A stretch of DNA of 64,000 nt from Eledone cirrhosa (lineage: Eukaryota), in NCBI GenBank assembly GCA_964016885.1, contig OZ024741.1:251906001-251970000 (forward strand), given 5' to 3'. The notes beneath the pieces were generated by a model, which saw nothing but the letters and a program-made list of their open reading frames with translations, made no database searches and was not told the DNA's origin. Below are positions 36,890 through 51,785 of the stretch, piece by piece. Positions within the stretch are counted from its first letter, which is position 1; the number at the start of each line of letters is the position of its first letter. The translations under genes were made by a program, and so were the position numbers.

Positions 36890-39440
36890 TGGTTAGTGCT
36901 GTTGCCAGTACAGTGTTAGTGGTGTTAGTGTGTGGTTAGTGCTGTTGCCAGTACAGTGTTAGTGGTGTTAGTGTGTGGTTAGTGCTGTTGCCAGTACAGT
37001 GTTAGTTGTGTTAGTGTGTGGTTAGTGCTGTTGCCAGTACAGTGTTAGTGGTGTTAGTGTGTGGTTAGTGCTGTTGCCAGTACAGTGTTAGTGGTGTTAG
37101 CGTGTGGTTAGTGCTGTTGCCAGTACAGTGTTAGTGAAGTTGTTAGTGTGTGGTTAGTGCTGTTGCCAGTACAGTGTTAGTGAAGTTGTTAGTGTGTGGT
37201 TAGTGCTGTTGCCAGTACAGTGTTAGTGAAGTTGTTAGTGTGTGGTTAGTGCTGTTGCCAGTACAGTGTTAGTGAAGTTGTTAGTGTGTGGTTAGTGCTG
37301 TTGCCAGTACAGTGTTAGTGAAGTTGTTAGTGTGTGGTTAGTGCTGTTGCCAGTACAGTGTTAGTTGTGTTAGTGTGTGGTTAGTGCTGTTGCCAGTACA
37401 GTGTTAGTTGTGTTAGTGTGTGGTTAGTGCTGTTGCCAGTACAGTGTTAGTGGTGTTAGCGTGTGGTTAGTGCTGTTGCCAGTACAGTGTTAGTGAAGTT
37501 GTTAGTGTGTGGTTAGTGCTGTTGCCAGTACAGTGTTAGTGGTGTTAGTGTGTGGTTAGTGCTGTTGCCAGTACAGTGTTATTGGTGTTAGTGTGTGGTT
37601 AGTGCTGTTGCCAGTACAGTGTTAGTGGTGTTAGTGTGTGGTTAGTGCTGTTGCCAGTACAGTGTTAGTGGTGTTAGCGTGTGGTTAGTGCTGTTGCCAG
37701 TACAGTGTTAGTGGTGTTAGTGTGTGGTTAGTGCTGTTGCCAGTACAGTGTTAGTGGTGTTAGTGTGTGGTTAGTGCTGTTGCCAGTACAGTGTTAGTGG
37801 TGTTAGTGTGTGGTTAGTGCTGTTGCCAGTACAGTGTTAGTTGTGTTAGTGTGTGGTTAGTGCTGTTGCCAGTACAGTGTTAGTGGTGTTAGTGTGTGGT
37901 TAGTGCTGTTGCCAGTACAGTTTTAGTGGTGTTAGTGTGTGGTTAGTGCTGTTGCCAGTACAGTGTTAGTGGTGTTAGTGTGTGGTTAGTGCTGTTGCCA
38001 GTACAGTGTTAGTGGTGTTAGTGTGTGGTTAGTGCTGTTGCCAGTACAGTGTTAGTGGTGTTAGTGTGTGGTTAGTGCTGTTGCCAGTACAGTGTTAGTG
38101 GTGTTAGTGTGTGGTTAGTGCTGTTGCCAGTACAGTGTTAGTGGTGTTAGTGTGTGGTTAGTGCTGTTGCCAGTACAGTGTTAGTGGTGTTAGTGTGTGG
38201 TTAGTGCTGTTGACAGTACAATGTTAGTGGTGTTAGTGTGTGGTTAGTGCTGTTGCCAGTACAGTGTTAGTGGTGTTAGTGTGTGGTTAGTGCTGTTGCC
38301 AGTACAGTGTTAGTGGTGTTAGTGTGTGGTTAGTGCTGTTACCAGTACAGTGTTAGTGGTGTTAGTGTGTGGTTAGTGCTGTTGCCAGTACAGTGTTAGT
38401 GGTGTTAGCGTGTGGTTAGTGCTGTTGCCAGTACAGTGTTAGTGGTGTTAGTGTGTGGTTAGTGCTGTTGCCAGTACAGTGTTAGTGGTGTTAGTGTGTG
38501 GTTAGTGCTGTTGCCAGTACAGTGTTAGTGGTGTTAGTGTGTGGTTAGTGCTGTTGCCAGTACAGTGTTAGTGGTGTTAGTGTGTGGTTAGTGCTGTTGC
38601 CAGTACAGTGTTAGTGGTGTTAGTGTGTGGTTAGTGCTGTTGCCAGTACAGTGTTAGTGGTGTTAGTGTGTGGTTAGTGCTGTTGCCAGTACAGTGTTAG
38701 TGGTGTTAGTGTGTGGTTAGTGCTGTTGCCAGTACAGTGTTAGTGGTGTTAGTGTGTGGTTAGTGCTGTTGCCAGTACAGTGTTAGTGGTGTTAGTGTGT
38801 GGTTAGTGCTGTTGCCAGTACAGTGTTAGTGGTGTTAGCGTGTGGTTAGTGCTGTTGCCAGTACAGTGTTAGTGGTGTTAGTGTGTGGTTAGTGCTGTTG
38901 CCAGTACAGTGTTAGTTGTGTTAGTGTGTGGTTAGTGCTGTTGCCAGTACAGTGTTAGTTGTGTTAGTGTGTGGTTAGTGCTGTTGCCAGTAGAGTGTTA
39001 GTTGTGTTAGTGTGTGGTTAGTGCTGTTGCCAGTACAGTGTTAGTGGTGTTAGTGTGTGGTTAGTGCTGTTGCCAGTACAGTGTTAGTGGTGTTAGTGTG
39101 TGGTTAGTGCTGTTGCCAGTACAGTGTTAGTGGTGTTAGTGTGTGGTTAGTGCTGTTGCCAGTACAGTGTTAGTTGTGTTAGTGTGTGGTTAGTGCTGTT
39201 GCCAGTACAGTGTTAGTTGTGTTAGTGTGTGGTTAGTGCTGTTGCCAGTACAGTGTTAGTGGTGTTAGTGTGTGGTTAGTGCTGTTGCCAGTACAGTGTT
39301 AGTGGTGTTAGTGTGTGGTTAGTGCTGTTGCCAGTACAGTGTTAGTGGTGTTAGTGTGTGGTTAGTGCTGTTGCCAGTACAGTGTTAGTGGTGTTGGTGT
39401 GTGGTTAGTGCTGTTGCCAGTACAGTGTTAGTGGTGTTAG
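36890..39440. repeat. 43-bp GT-rich minisatellite, roughly 59 units
   Basis: GTTAGTGCTGTTGCCAGTACAGTGTTAGTGGTGTTAGTGTGTG; 46-bp GAAGTT variant; degenerate flanks 36310-36890 and 39440-39660. Confidence 0.98.
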
Positions 39441-39824
39441 TGTGGTGTTAGGGTTATTGACAGTGGGGTGGTAGTAAAGTTATAATTATGGTATGAATGA
39501 GATGGTAGTGCTAGTTTTAGTATGGTGTAAGTGGTGTTATTAATGGTGTGGTAGTGGTGTTAGAATGGGGGTAGAAGCATTGTTAGGGTGGTGTTACTGT
39601 ACTAACCGGGGTGCGTAGTGTTGTATGTGGTGTTAACATAGGTTGTAGTATAGATGGTGTTCTGATATATCTGGGGAGTTAAGGGCTAATGGCAAGGGGA
39701 GAAAAAGTTTCCTGCTTTCGTTCTTTCTTTCTTTCCTTCTCTTTATTGGTAATTAGCATTGTTCTTGTTTGTAAAGGTGGCGGTGGTTCCGGCCGGGTGG
39801 TTTAAGATTAGGTGTATATGCATG

Positions 39825-39981
39825 AGTGTGTGTCTGTCTATCTATCTGTCTGTCTATCAACCTATCTATCTCTCTCTCTCTCTCTCTCTCACTCTCTATC
39901 TATCTGTCTATCTCTCTCTCTCTCTCGCTCTCTCTATCTAACTATCTATCTATTTATCTATCTATCTTTATGTCCATGTGT

Positions 39982-40015
<34 letters not shown>

Positions 40016-40082
40016 TGCTGGAGAATTATACATAAGAAGAGTGACTTTCAGGGAAAGTCATTATCACAATGATGGTGTGACA

Positions 40083-40152
<70 letters not shown>

Positions 40153-40837
40153 CATACATTACATATATATGTACATACATATATTCATACATATATAGAT
40201 AGATAGATATACATACATATATAGATAGATAAATATATGCATACATACATAGATAGATATACATACATACATACATACATACATACATACATACATACAT
40301 ACATACATACATACATACATACATAGATATACATACATATATAGATAGATAAATATACATACATACATAGATAGATAGATATACATACATAGATAGATAG
40401 ATATACATACATACATACATACATACATACATACATACATACATACATACATACAAACATACATACATACATACATAGATATACATACATATATAGATAG
40501 ATAGACATACATAGATAGATAGATAGATAGATATACATACATACATACATAGATATACATACATATGTAGATAGATATACATACATACATACATAGATAT
40601 ACATACATATGTAGATAGATAGTTATACATACATATATAGATAGATATACATACATACATACATACATACATACATAGATATACATACATATGTAGATAG
40701 ATAGATATATATACATACATAGATAGATAGATATACATATATACATACATACATATATATATACATATATATATATACATATGTATATCAAAGTTATATA
40801 CATACACAAGTATATATATATGTGTGGGTGGGTGTCT

Positions 40838-40893
<56 letters not shown>

Positions 40894-41163
40894 AGGAAAT
40901 GGACATTAAATGATGATGTTGAGGAATATATATACACACACACACAGATATGTGTGTGTGTAAGCATGTAGTTAGTAGCTAGTTAGATAGATAGATAGAT
41001 AGATAGACAGCTAGACAGGTAGATAGATAGATAGATAGATATGTTTCTTTATTAGCCACAGGGGCACAAAAGAAGGGGACAAATAGAAATGGGGAGTTTA
41101 CGTACAATAAAAACGTGTATAATACTATCACAAATGCAATAGATAGAGAGATAGATAGACAGC

Positions 41164-41239
<76 letters not shown>

Positions 41240-41308
41240 CAGACAAGGCAGCAGACAGACAGATATTGGAAGAGATAAAGAAACAGGGGGCACAAGAGCG
41301 AGAGAGGG

Positions 41309-41346
<38 letters not shown>

Positions 41347-41657
41347 GGACAGAGAGAGAGAGAGAAAGTTATGAGCTGAGAAAGAGAAATACTGATAGAG
41401 TGAGTGTGTATATAAAAGAGGGAGAGGAGATAGATATAGAGGAGATAGATATAGAAAAAGAAAGACAGATAGATATATTTCTTTATTAGCCACAAGGGGG
41501 CACAAGAAGAGGGGACAATACAAAGACAGATAGATAGAGAGACGGATAGATACATGGAAAGATGGATAGTCCAAGAGAATGGTAGACAGACAGCAGAATG
41601 TCAGACAGCTAGACAGATGGACAGATAGACACATAGATAGATCAGAGGTATTTGTAT

Positions 41658-41707
<50 letters not shown>

Positions 41708-41786
41708 GTATATATGTATATATACACAATTATACATATAGAGAGCGAGAGAGAGAGAGAGGTAGATACAAGTATACATACATATA

Positions 41787-41818
<32 letters not shown>

Positions 41819-41871
41819 GATATATATGTGTATATATATATATATATATAGATATAGATATATATATATAA

Positions 41872-41905
<34 letters not shown>

Positions 41906-41946
41906 ATGTGTATATGTATATAAATATATATATAAGTATATGTATG

Positions 41947-42001
<55 letters not shown>

Positions 42002-42030
42002 TTGTTTATGTATATATATATAAGTATATG

Positions 42031-42097
<67 letters not shown>

Positions 42098-42107
42098 GTA
42101 TATATAA

Positions 42108-42192
<85 letters not shown>

Positions 42193-42220
42193 AGTATATG
42201 TATGTATATATATATATATT
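39825..42220. repeat. Compound microsatellite field (TA, TACA, GATA, GA)
   Basis: Direct observation. Confidence 0.95.
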
Positions 42221-42264
42221 AAAATATAAATATTAATAAAATAGATGTTCTTTTGATCAATTAC

Positions 42265-42317
42265 ATTTTATTATACATATTTCAGAGGTACAACAGTACG
42301 TCCTCATCAGACAAAAT
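42265..42317 (-). ncRNA. Minimal type-I hammerhead
   Basis: ATTTTGT-CTGATGA-GGACGTAC(TGTT)GTACCTCT-GAAA-TATGTA-TA-ATAAAAT; 7-bp stem I. Confidence 0.78.
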
Positions 42318-42557
42318 ATAATGATACATGACATACCCTGAGATGTTAAATGGTTAATATTTAATCAAGGTAGTCATATATTAATACTTATATTTTAATA
42401 TTAATAACTCCTTAAAATTTATTTTACTCATTGAGTGCTTCCAATCTACTGTAAAACTCATTCTTTGACATAATTATCGAATATTGTTTAAGAACTTAAT
42501 ATTTATATCAGTATATGTTTGTATATATATATATATATATGTATATATAAATATGTG

Positions 42558-42588
<31 letters not shown>

Positions 42589-42778
42589 ATATATATGTGT
42601 ATATGTATATATATTTATATAAATATATGTATGTATATATGTAAATATATATATAAGTATATGTATGTATATATATATATCAGTATATGTATATATATAT
42701 ATATCAGTATATATATAGATATATAGATAGATAGATAGATATACACATACAAATAAGTAGAGAGAAAAGAAAACTCAC

Positions 42779-42799
42779 CTTATCTATGTCATCTTCCAT
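42779..42799 (-). CDS. Candidate short first coding exon (MEDDIDK)
   Basis: ATC-ATG-G context and consensus donor AAG|GTGAGT; no downstream exon identified. Confidence 0.3.
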
Positions 42800-42897
42800 G
42801 ATGTTGTTGATGCTATATACACATATATACACACACATACACACACCTCTCTCTCTCTCACTCTCTCTCTCTCTCTCTCTTTGTTATCACTGATGTA

Positions 42898-42934
<37 letters not shown>

Positions 42935-42950
42935 TTACTACTACTACTGT

Positions 42951-42981
<31 letters not shown>

Positions 42982-42982
42982 G

Positions 42983-43030
<48 letters not shown>
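42898..43030. repeat. (ACT)n microsatellite
   Basis: Direct observation. Confidence 0.97.
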
Positions 43031-43552
43031 TACCCACTTAACTACATGCTTCTACTGTTGATTTTTCCCCTCTTTCTGTCTGGACTAGTGTATGTGTGTG
43101 TATGTACACATGTGTCTGTGCATGTGTGTGTATGTACACATGTGTCTGTGCATGTGTGTGTATGTACACATGCGTCTGTGCATGTGTGTGTATGTGTACA
43201 TGTGTCTTTGGATATGTGTGTATGCATACATGTGTGTATGTACATATGTGTCTATGTATACATGTGTATGTGTGTATGTATACATGTGTGTATGTAGATA
43301 TGTGTCTATGTATACATGTGTATGTGCATATATGTGTATGTATACATGTGTCTATGGATATGTGTCTATGTATACATGTGTCTATGGATATATGTGTATG
43401 TAGACATGTGTGTATGGATACGTGTGTATACATATGTGTATGTAGATATGTGTCTATGTATACATGTGTATGTGCATATGTGTATTTGTGTCTATGTATA
43501 AATATGACTACATGTGTATACATGAGAGTATCTGTGTGTATGTGTTTGTCTA

Positions 43553-44297
43553 TACATGTGTGTATGTGTATGTGTGTCTGTCTATATATAAGTCTACATG
43601 TATGTCTGAACACATGCCTGTGTCACATGTATACATGTCTATGTATATATAGATGTATACGTGTATATGAATCAGCTGTATACAAATATATATATATATA
43701 TATACATGTGTGTATGTGTATGTGTGTCTGTCTATATATATGTCTACATGTATATCTGAACACATGCCTGTGTCACATGTATACATGTCTATGTATATAT
43801 AGATGTATACGTGTATATGAATCAACTGTATACAAATATATATATATATACATGTGTGTATGTGTATGTGTGTCTGTCTATATATAAGTCTACATGTATG
43901 TCTGAACACATGCCTGTGTCACATGTATACATGTCTATGTATATATAGATGTATACGTGTATATGAATCAGCTGTATACAAATATATATATATATATACA
44001 TGTGTGTATGTGTATGTGTGTCTGTCTATATATATGTCTACATGTATGTCTGAACACATGCCTGTGTCACATGTATACATGTCTATGTATATATAGATGT
44101 ATACGTGTATATGAATCAGCTGTATACAAATATATATATATATACATGTGTGTATGTGTATGTGTGTCTGTCTATATATAAGTCTACATGTATGTCTGAA
44201 CACATGCCTGTGTCACATGTATACATGTCTATGTATATATAGATGTATACGTGTATATGAATCAGCTGTATTATACAAATATATATATATATATATA
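43553..44297. repeat. ~148-bp tandem repeat, 5 units
   Basis: GAACACATGCCTGTGTCAC at ~43608, 43758, 43905, 44052, 44198. Confidence 0.92.
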
Positions 44298-44689
44298 CAC
44301 ATGTATGTTTGGGCATGTATACCGTTGTATACAAACGTTTGTGTGTATATATACATACACGTATGTGTCAGCTGTATACATGTGAGTCTATACAGTTCTA
44401 ATAAAATATACATGTATACATGTGTATAACTGTACATGTGGGTTTGTGTGTATCAGCTGTATACATGTGTATCAGCTTTGTGGGTATGTCTGTATATAGG
44501 TGTGTGTATATGTATGAACATGTATGTGAATGTATGTGTATGGATGTGACAGATGTCTGTAAATCAGCTGTAGTGAATACCCGTCTCCGTGTGTATGTAT
44601 ATGTATATATGTGTGTGTGTGTGTGTGTTTGTGCCTGTGTCTGTCTGTGAGTGTTTGGGTATACATATCTGCCTGCATGTGCTCGTGTG

Positions 44690-44730
<41 letters not shown>

Positions 44731-44732
<2 letters not shown>

Positions 44733-45018
44733 CAAAGGAGGTGTGGTAAGGAACCAGATGGACCATAACGCACCAGAGTACTCAATACTTAGGGTAGTAG
44801 AGTGGGTAATAGGAAAATGTTCAAGACCCCGACGGCAGAGCTCAAGCCGTTTCGATGGCTATTTCTGGACACAAATAGTCCAGAAATAGCCGTCAAAATG
44901 TCTTGAGCTCTGCCGTTGGGGTCAAACATTTTCCTATATATATATATATATATATATATATGCGTCCAGAATTAGCCGTCGAAACGGCTTGAGCTCAGCC
45001 GTCGGGGTCTTACTTGTT

Positions 45019-45021
<3 letters not shown>
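44731..45021. mobile_element. Family A fold-back plus separate half copy (44964-45021)
   Basis: Same ends as other copies; half copy starts at GTCCAG turn point. Confidence 0.88.
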
Positions 45022-45094
<73 letters not shown>

Positions 45095-45414
45095 TACATA
45101 TCATCATCATCATATATATATATATATGTATATATATATGTATGTATGCATGTGTTTTTGTCTGCATGTATTTCTGTTTTTGTCTGTTGCGTTTGTGTAT
45201 GCGTATGTATGTACATATGTTTTTATCTGCATGTTTTTGTCTGTTGTGCTTGTGTGCAACTGTACAGACATGTCCGAGCGTGCGGGAGGGGGAGGGGCGG
45301 TGTTTGTGTGCATGTTAATCTCCGCTTGTAATAGTATGAGCATCTACCAGAATATCTGTATATATGTGTCTGTGTGTCTGTCTAGACATCTTCCAAACTG
45401 TGTGTGTGTGTATA

Positions 45415-45450
<36 letters not shown>

Positions 45451-45542
45451 TGAGTCTGCATATGTGCATGTGTGTGCGTGATCCACTGTCTGTAAGTATA
45501 TGTGTATGTCTGTGTGTGGAAATGTGAAAATGCTGATGCATG

Positions 45543-45591
<49 letters not shown>

Positions 45592-45857
45592 ATATTTATA
45601 TATATACATGCTTATATACATGTATATAATATCTATGCATATTTATACATGTGTGTATGTATGTGTACTCATAATATGTGGGTGTATATGTGTGTATATG
45701 TCTGTGTGTACATTTGTAAATGTGTATATGTATGTATGTGTCTATATATAAATCTACATGCTATGCTGATATACATGTATATATCTCTCTCTATATATGT
45801 ACATACTTATATACATGTATCTCTCTCTCTCTCTATCATCATCATCATCATCATCAT

Positions 45858-45894
<37 letters not shown>

Positions 45895-46473
45895 TGCTTA
45901 TATACATGTATATATATATATATATATATATGTACATGTTTAGATACAAAAATATATATATATATAAGCATTTATATATGTATATATGTATATATGTGTA
46001 CTCATAACATGTGAGTGTACTTGTGTCTATGTGAATATATGTTTGTGTGTACATTTGTAAATGTATGTATGTGTGTATATGTATATATATATATATGTAC
46101 ATTTAAACATGTATGTATATATATATTAGTGTGTCTACATGTGACTGGTTAGTCAATTGTCTTATACACTAAACCTCTCTTCACTTTTTTCTTTCTACAA
46201 GTATGCATATATAAAGGTGTGTATACACATATATGTGTATATATACATGTGTCTATATATGTATAAGTGTATACATCTTGTGTTCATATGTATGTATGTA
46301 TGTGTACATATGTAAGTATGTATGTATATATCTATACATCTATACAACTCTATATGTACATGTACATTTTTTCTGTCTATATACATGGTATTCACATGTG
46401 TACATCTATATATGTATACATGTATCTATATATTTCTTTCTTTATGTATATACACACATATATATATATATAT

Positions 46474-46525
<52 letters not shown>

Positions 46526-46606
46526 GTGTCTATATATATATATGTATATGTATATATATATATATGTATAAGTATATGTATATGTATATGTATATATGTA
46601 TGTATG

Positions 46607-46637
<31 letters not shown>

Positions 46638-47251
46638 GTCTGTGTGTATGTGTATACGGGTGATGGGTGAGTCAATTGTCTTATACACTACACCTCTATT
46701 CAGTTCTTTCATTCTTTCTTTTCTTTCTTCTTTCTCTCTATCTTTCTATCATTTTATTCTTTCTTTCTTTCTTTCCTTCTATATGCATGTATGTGTGTAT
46801 GTATGAATCCATGTGTACATGTATATGTTTCAACATGTGTGTGCGTGTTTATAGATATGCATGTGTACAGCTCTGTATACATGTGGACAAGTATTTGTGT
46901 ATATATATGTGTAGGCATCTTTATGAGCATGCTCTCTACTTCCATACAATTATATAGGCCTATGTATATATGTATGTGTTCATGTATGTATGTGTACGTA
47001 TATATTCGTGTACATGTATGTATGTGTACGTGTATGTATGTGTACGTATATATTCGTGTACATGTATGTATGTGTACGTGTATGTATGTATGTGTACGTA
47101 TATATTCGTGTACATGTATGTATGTGTACGTGTATGTATGTATGTGTCCGTATATATTCATGTACATGTATGTATGTATGTGTACATATGTGTACATGTG
47201 TCTAAGTATAAATTTCTACAGGTGTATATGTATGTGTCTCTGTGTGTGTGA

Positions 47252-47307
<56 letters not shown>

Positions 47308-47410
47308 TCATGTGCCTATGTATATATTTGTATACGTGTATTTGTGTGCATACATCTCTATGTATTTGTACAAATGTTTATGTATGTATATATATATATA
47401 TATATACACA
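45022..47410. repeat. TA/TG/TATG low-complexity field
   Basis: Direct observation. Confidence 0.9.
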
Positions 47411-48030
47411 CACATGTGATGGGTCACTTAGTTGTCTAATAGACTACACTTCTCATCTCTTCTAATCTCTTCTTTCTTTCTTTCTTTTTTTCTTCCTTCC
47501 TCTAGTTTTTTCTTACTTTCCTTTTTTTATTTCTGTATGTATGTATAATGCATGTGTATATACATATATGCATCCATGCATGTATGTATGCATGCATGCA
47601 TTATGTATGTATGTATGTATATACAAATGAGTATATGTGTATGCATATAGGTATGTTTAGGCATGTGTATGTGTATCTTTTACATAAGTACTTGTGCAGT
47701 ATATATATATATATATGAGTTTATATGTATGCATTTGTATGCATGTATATGTGCATATGCATGTATGAATTCATGTGAGCAAATATGCAATACATGTGTT
47801 GTACAATTTTCTTTAACCATCCCTCACAGACTTATTCTCCTCTTCAATCTCCACTTTATACACACATTATTACACACATACAAACACCACACTCACACAC
47901 ATAATACCTATATACATGTACACATGAATTATCTGATCTTTCACACACAGTATATGTCCCACACTACATGCTAACACATAAAGACAGTGATATATATATA
48001 TATATGTATGTTATATATATATGTATATAT

Positions 48031-48327
48031 ATCATCATCATCATCATCATTTCATTTTATGTCCGCTTTTTCCCTTTTTCCCTGCTTGCAAGGGTGGGAC
48101 GGAAGCTGATGCTGGCTTGATTTCTACAGCTGGATGCCCTTCCTAACACCAACCTCATTTACAGTGAGTGCTGTGTGCTTTTTTGCCATGGCACCTCTAC
48201 GACCACTTTGCAGTGGAACTATGGGGACCCCAGTCCCTATCATCTCATTTCTACAGCTGAGTAAACTGGAGCAATGTGAAATAAAGTGTCTTGCTCAAGG
48301 AAACAACACATCACCTGGTCTGAGAAT
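48031..48327 (-). mobile_element. tRNA-SINE family 1, head truncated
   Basis: Match to 24232-24570. Confidence 0.88.
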
Positions 48328-48625
48328 TATATATATATATGGTATGTTATATATATATATATATATATAGACAAAATTGTTTCTTTCCTCATTCACTCTC
48401 ATCCGGGAACGGTTTTGTATGGCGTCAGTTTGTGATTTGAACTCGGGAATTTTATATTCTCTGAGTGAGAAGAACCTTCTAAAGAGAGTCCCCTTCTCAA
48501 TGGAAATCCACTTGGATTATCCATTTATTTTGGGATTTGAAACTGCGCGGTAAAGGCACATATAGTAAGTACAGCGAACTTTTTAAAATTTATTTTAAAA
48601 CTTTTTCTCTGTTTTCTAGACCTTG

Positions 48626-48659
<34 letters not shown>

Positions 48660-48661
<2 letters not shown>

Positions 48662-49001
48662 CATCATCATCATCATCATTTTACGTCTGCTTTTCCCTGC
48701 TTGCAAGGGTGGGACGGGAACTGATTCTAGCTTGATTTTTACAGCAGGATGCCCTTCCTAACACCAACCTCATTTACAGTGAGTGCTGGGTGCTTTTTTG
48801 CCGTGGCACATCCACGACCACTTTGCAGTGGAATTATGGGGACCCCAGTCCCTATCATCTCATTTCTACAGCTGAGTAAACTGGAGCAATGTGAAATAAA
48901 GTGTCTTGCTCAAGGAAACAACACATCATCCGGCCTGAGAATTGAACTCACAACCTTTAAATTGCAAGGCCAATGATCTAACCACTAAGCCATGTGCCTC
49001 C
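48660..49001 (-). mobile_element. tRNA-SINE family 1
   Basis: Match to 24232-24570. Confidence 0.9.
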
Positions 49002-49120
49002 ATATATATATATGGAGTTGCGACCGATAGATAGTACTAGCAACTGGAAAGACCAACGGAGACATTGTTTCCTCGGTCCGATTTGACGAAAGTCGATCGA
49101 TAAAAAAAATATATATATAT

Positions 49121-49170
<50 letters not shown>

Positions 49171-49237
49171 ATTTGAAGACTAAAATCCAAAGGGTGAAAG
49201 CAGCGATTCTTTGCTTAAACTTTAATCTGTTATTTTA

Positions 49238-49284
<47 letters not shown>

Positions 49285-50192
49285 CATACATATATATGAT
49301 TATAAGTGACTGAAGATGTCAGAAGGATTATCCAAATGTAAAACCTTGTCTCAAAATGTCCCGTCCAACACGCATGGCAGCATGAAAAAGTATACGCTGA
49401 TATGATGACGATGATTATGATATATATACATACATATATATATGTGTGTGTGTGAGAATATATGTATCATTATAATGGTTATTATAGTCATTATCTTTGT
49501 CTGATTTACCACGTTGGTACAGCTGGATGGGTCAATGTTCTATGGCCTGATGTTCTTCCTGATGTCAACTTTTTTAGTCTCTGTCATAAGATACATGCAT
49601 TTAGTGTACCTATTCTTAGCACCAGAATGGACACAATATTTACTACATTTCCTGTGGCATTTGAACTGTTCACACCCAATGGATTCAGTAATATTCAAAA
49701 CAATCCCACTTTCTTAATTCCTTTCCTTCTTACCCACTCTAGCCTACTCTTAATCTCTACCCTATCTTTCTCTGTCACTCTCTTTATACCTTCTCTATCC
49801 CCATATATGGTAAACATCAAACCTTCACCTATAACAATGGCCAAAGAATAATTGTTCCACATCACAGCACATGGATTGATAGTGTGAAACTCTTTACCCC
49901 ACTCCCTCTCCTCTCTACTATCACACTAACTGACTGTATCTCATGCTATTATATTTACATTTTCTTAAACGAAAATCTCTTTACTGAATTCTACCGTGTA
50001 GTGAATAGTTGAATTCCACTACTATAGGCTTTCTGATGAAGTGTAATAAATAATTAAGCATTGCATATGATTCAACAATATATATTGTAGTCAGCATATC
50101 TAAGCAATTTATAATAGACATATGTCAAAGCAAATAAATTCATAGTCTTACCGACATTTTCTTTTTCTTTGTGCAGTACTTGCTTTAATGTA

Positions 50193-50277
<85 letters not shown>

Positions 50278-50567
50278 ATATGTATATATTATGTGGTTAT
50301 TTCGGTTAAATCGTTGAAACTACAGATGGTCTAAAGGCTGATGAGAAAATTTAATGTTTGTGAGATCCCCTCTCGTCTATCTTATCCCTTTCTCATATCT
50401 TCCTATCGCTTTTACAGGCCAGCACACTTCTAGCCACTGATTTCTATCCTTTGAGGTAAATTTTATCTGCTGCAGCCATTGACGGTATTTTACTGTTTTA
50501 TATATATATATCATCATCATCATCATCGTTTAACGTCTATCTTCCACACACATATATATATATATAC

Positions 50568-50599
<32 letters not shown>

Positions 50600-50792
50600 C
50601 ATCATATAAATATATATATATATATTTATATATATAAATATATATATAGCAATAATAATAAATGTGAAGACTAAAGTCCGAAGAGAGCTTGATAAGGGTT
50701 ATCTAAACTATAATAAAGGAAGGTCTGCGGGACTGCGTACGGTTTTTTTTTTTTAAATCCCGTTAGTAAAATAAGTTGGATTACTTTGAATA

Positions 50793-50948
50793 AATAATTG
50801 TTTCTACTATTGGCACAAGGCCAGTAATTATCACAGTGCATTACTGGTACTTTATTTTATCGACCCCCGTAAGGATAAAAGGCAAAGTTAACCTCGCCGG
50901 GATTTGAACTCAGAATGGGAAGAGCCGTAACTCTATGCGTCAAAGCAT
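50793..50948 (-). mobile_element. SINE family 2
   Basis: Match to 35225-35385. Confidence 0.88.
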
Positions 50949-51276
50949 GAATATTACATAATTGATCTACTAAATTTCATCAAACAAAAATAATTTCGTA
51001 AAAATAAATAATTTAAAATTGACTTCTTTTCAAAGTTGCACTTCCGGTATATCGTTGCCACCACCACTTCAACTACCATATATATAGAAAGAGTGAGTGT
51101 GTGATGTCAACACTTCCGGTGGCGATCACTTAAATAAGCATACTAATTTTCTGTCACTAATTTTCTCCGAATGCGTCTTTTTTTAATGTATCATGGATTA
51201 CGTTACTGATTACATAAGACAGTGTAACAACGTCTTCGTTCAATTTCTGTTTATATTGTCAATTACGATGTATATA

Positions 51277-51476
51277 NNNNNNNNNNNNNNNNNNNNNNNN
51301 NNNNNNNNNNNNNNNNNNNNNNNNNNNNNNNNNNNNNNNNNNNNNNNNNNNNNNNNNNNNNNNNNNNNNNNNNNNNNNNNNNNNNNNNNNNNNNNNNNNN
51401 NNNNNNNNNNNNNNNNNNNNNNNNNNNNNNNNNNNNNNNNNNNNNNNNNNNNNNNNNNNNNNNNNNNNNNNNNNNN
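51277..51476. other. Assembly gap (200 N)
   Basis: Run of N. Confidence 1.
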
Positions 51477-51534
51477 GCGTTATAATAAGCGTCCGCTAAA
51501 CTGATACGTACATATATGTATGTGTACCTGTATG

Positions 51535-51604
<70 letters not shown>

Positions 51605-51654
51605 TGCTACTGTACGTCTGTATACATATATGTATGTATGTATACATACATACT

Positions 51655-51694
<40 letters not shown>

Positions 51695-51744
51695 TATATA
51701 TATATATTTATATATATTTATTTATATATATATACATATATATT

Positions 51745-51775
<31 letters not shown>

Positions 51776-51785
51776 TAATAAATAT

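Noticed and set aside
36890-39440. CRISPR-like array
   Set aside because: No unique spacers, pure tandem repeat, eukaryotic context, no cas genes
39759-47974. Many YI/CV-rich ORFs
   Set aside because: Translations of TA/TG/TACA microsatellites
50030-50345. CTGATGA motifs as hammerheads (also 10743, 26053)
   Set aside because: No correctly placed GAAA or stems
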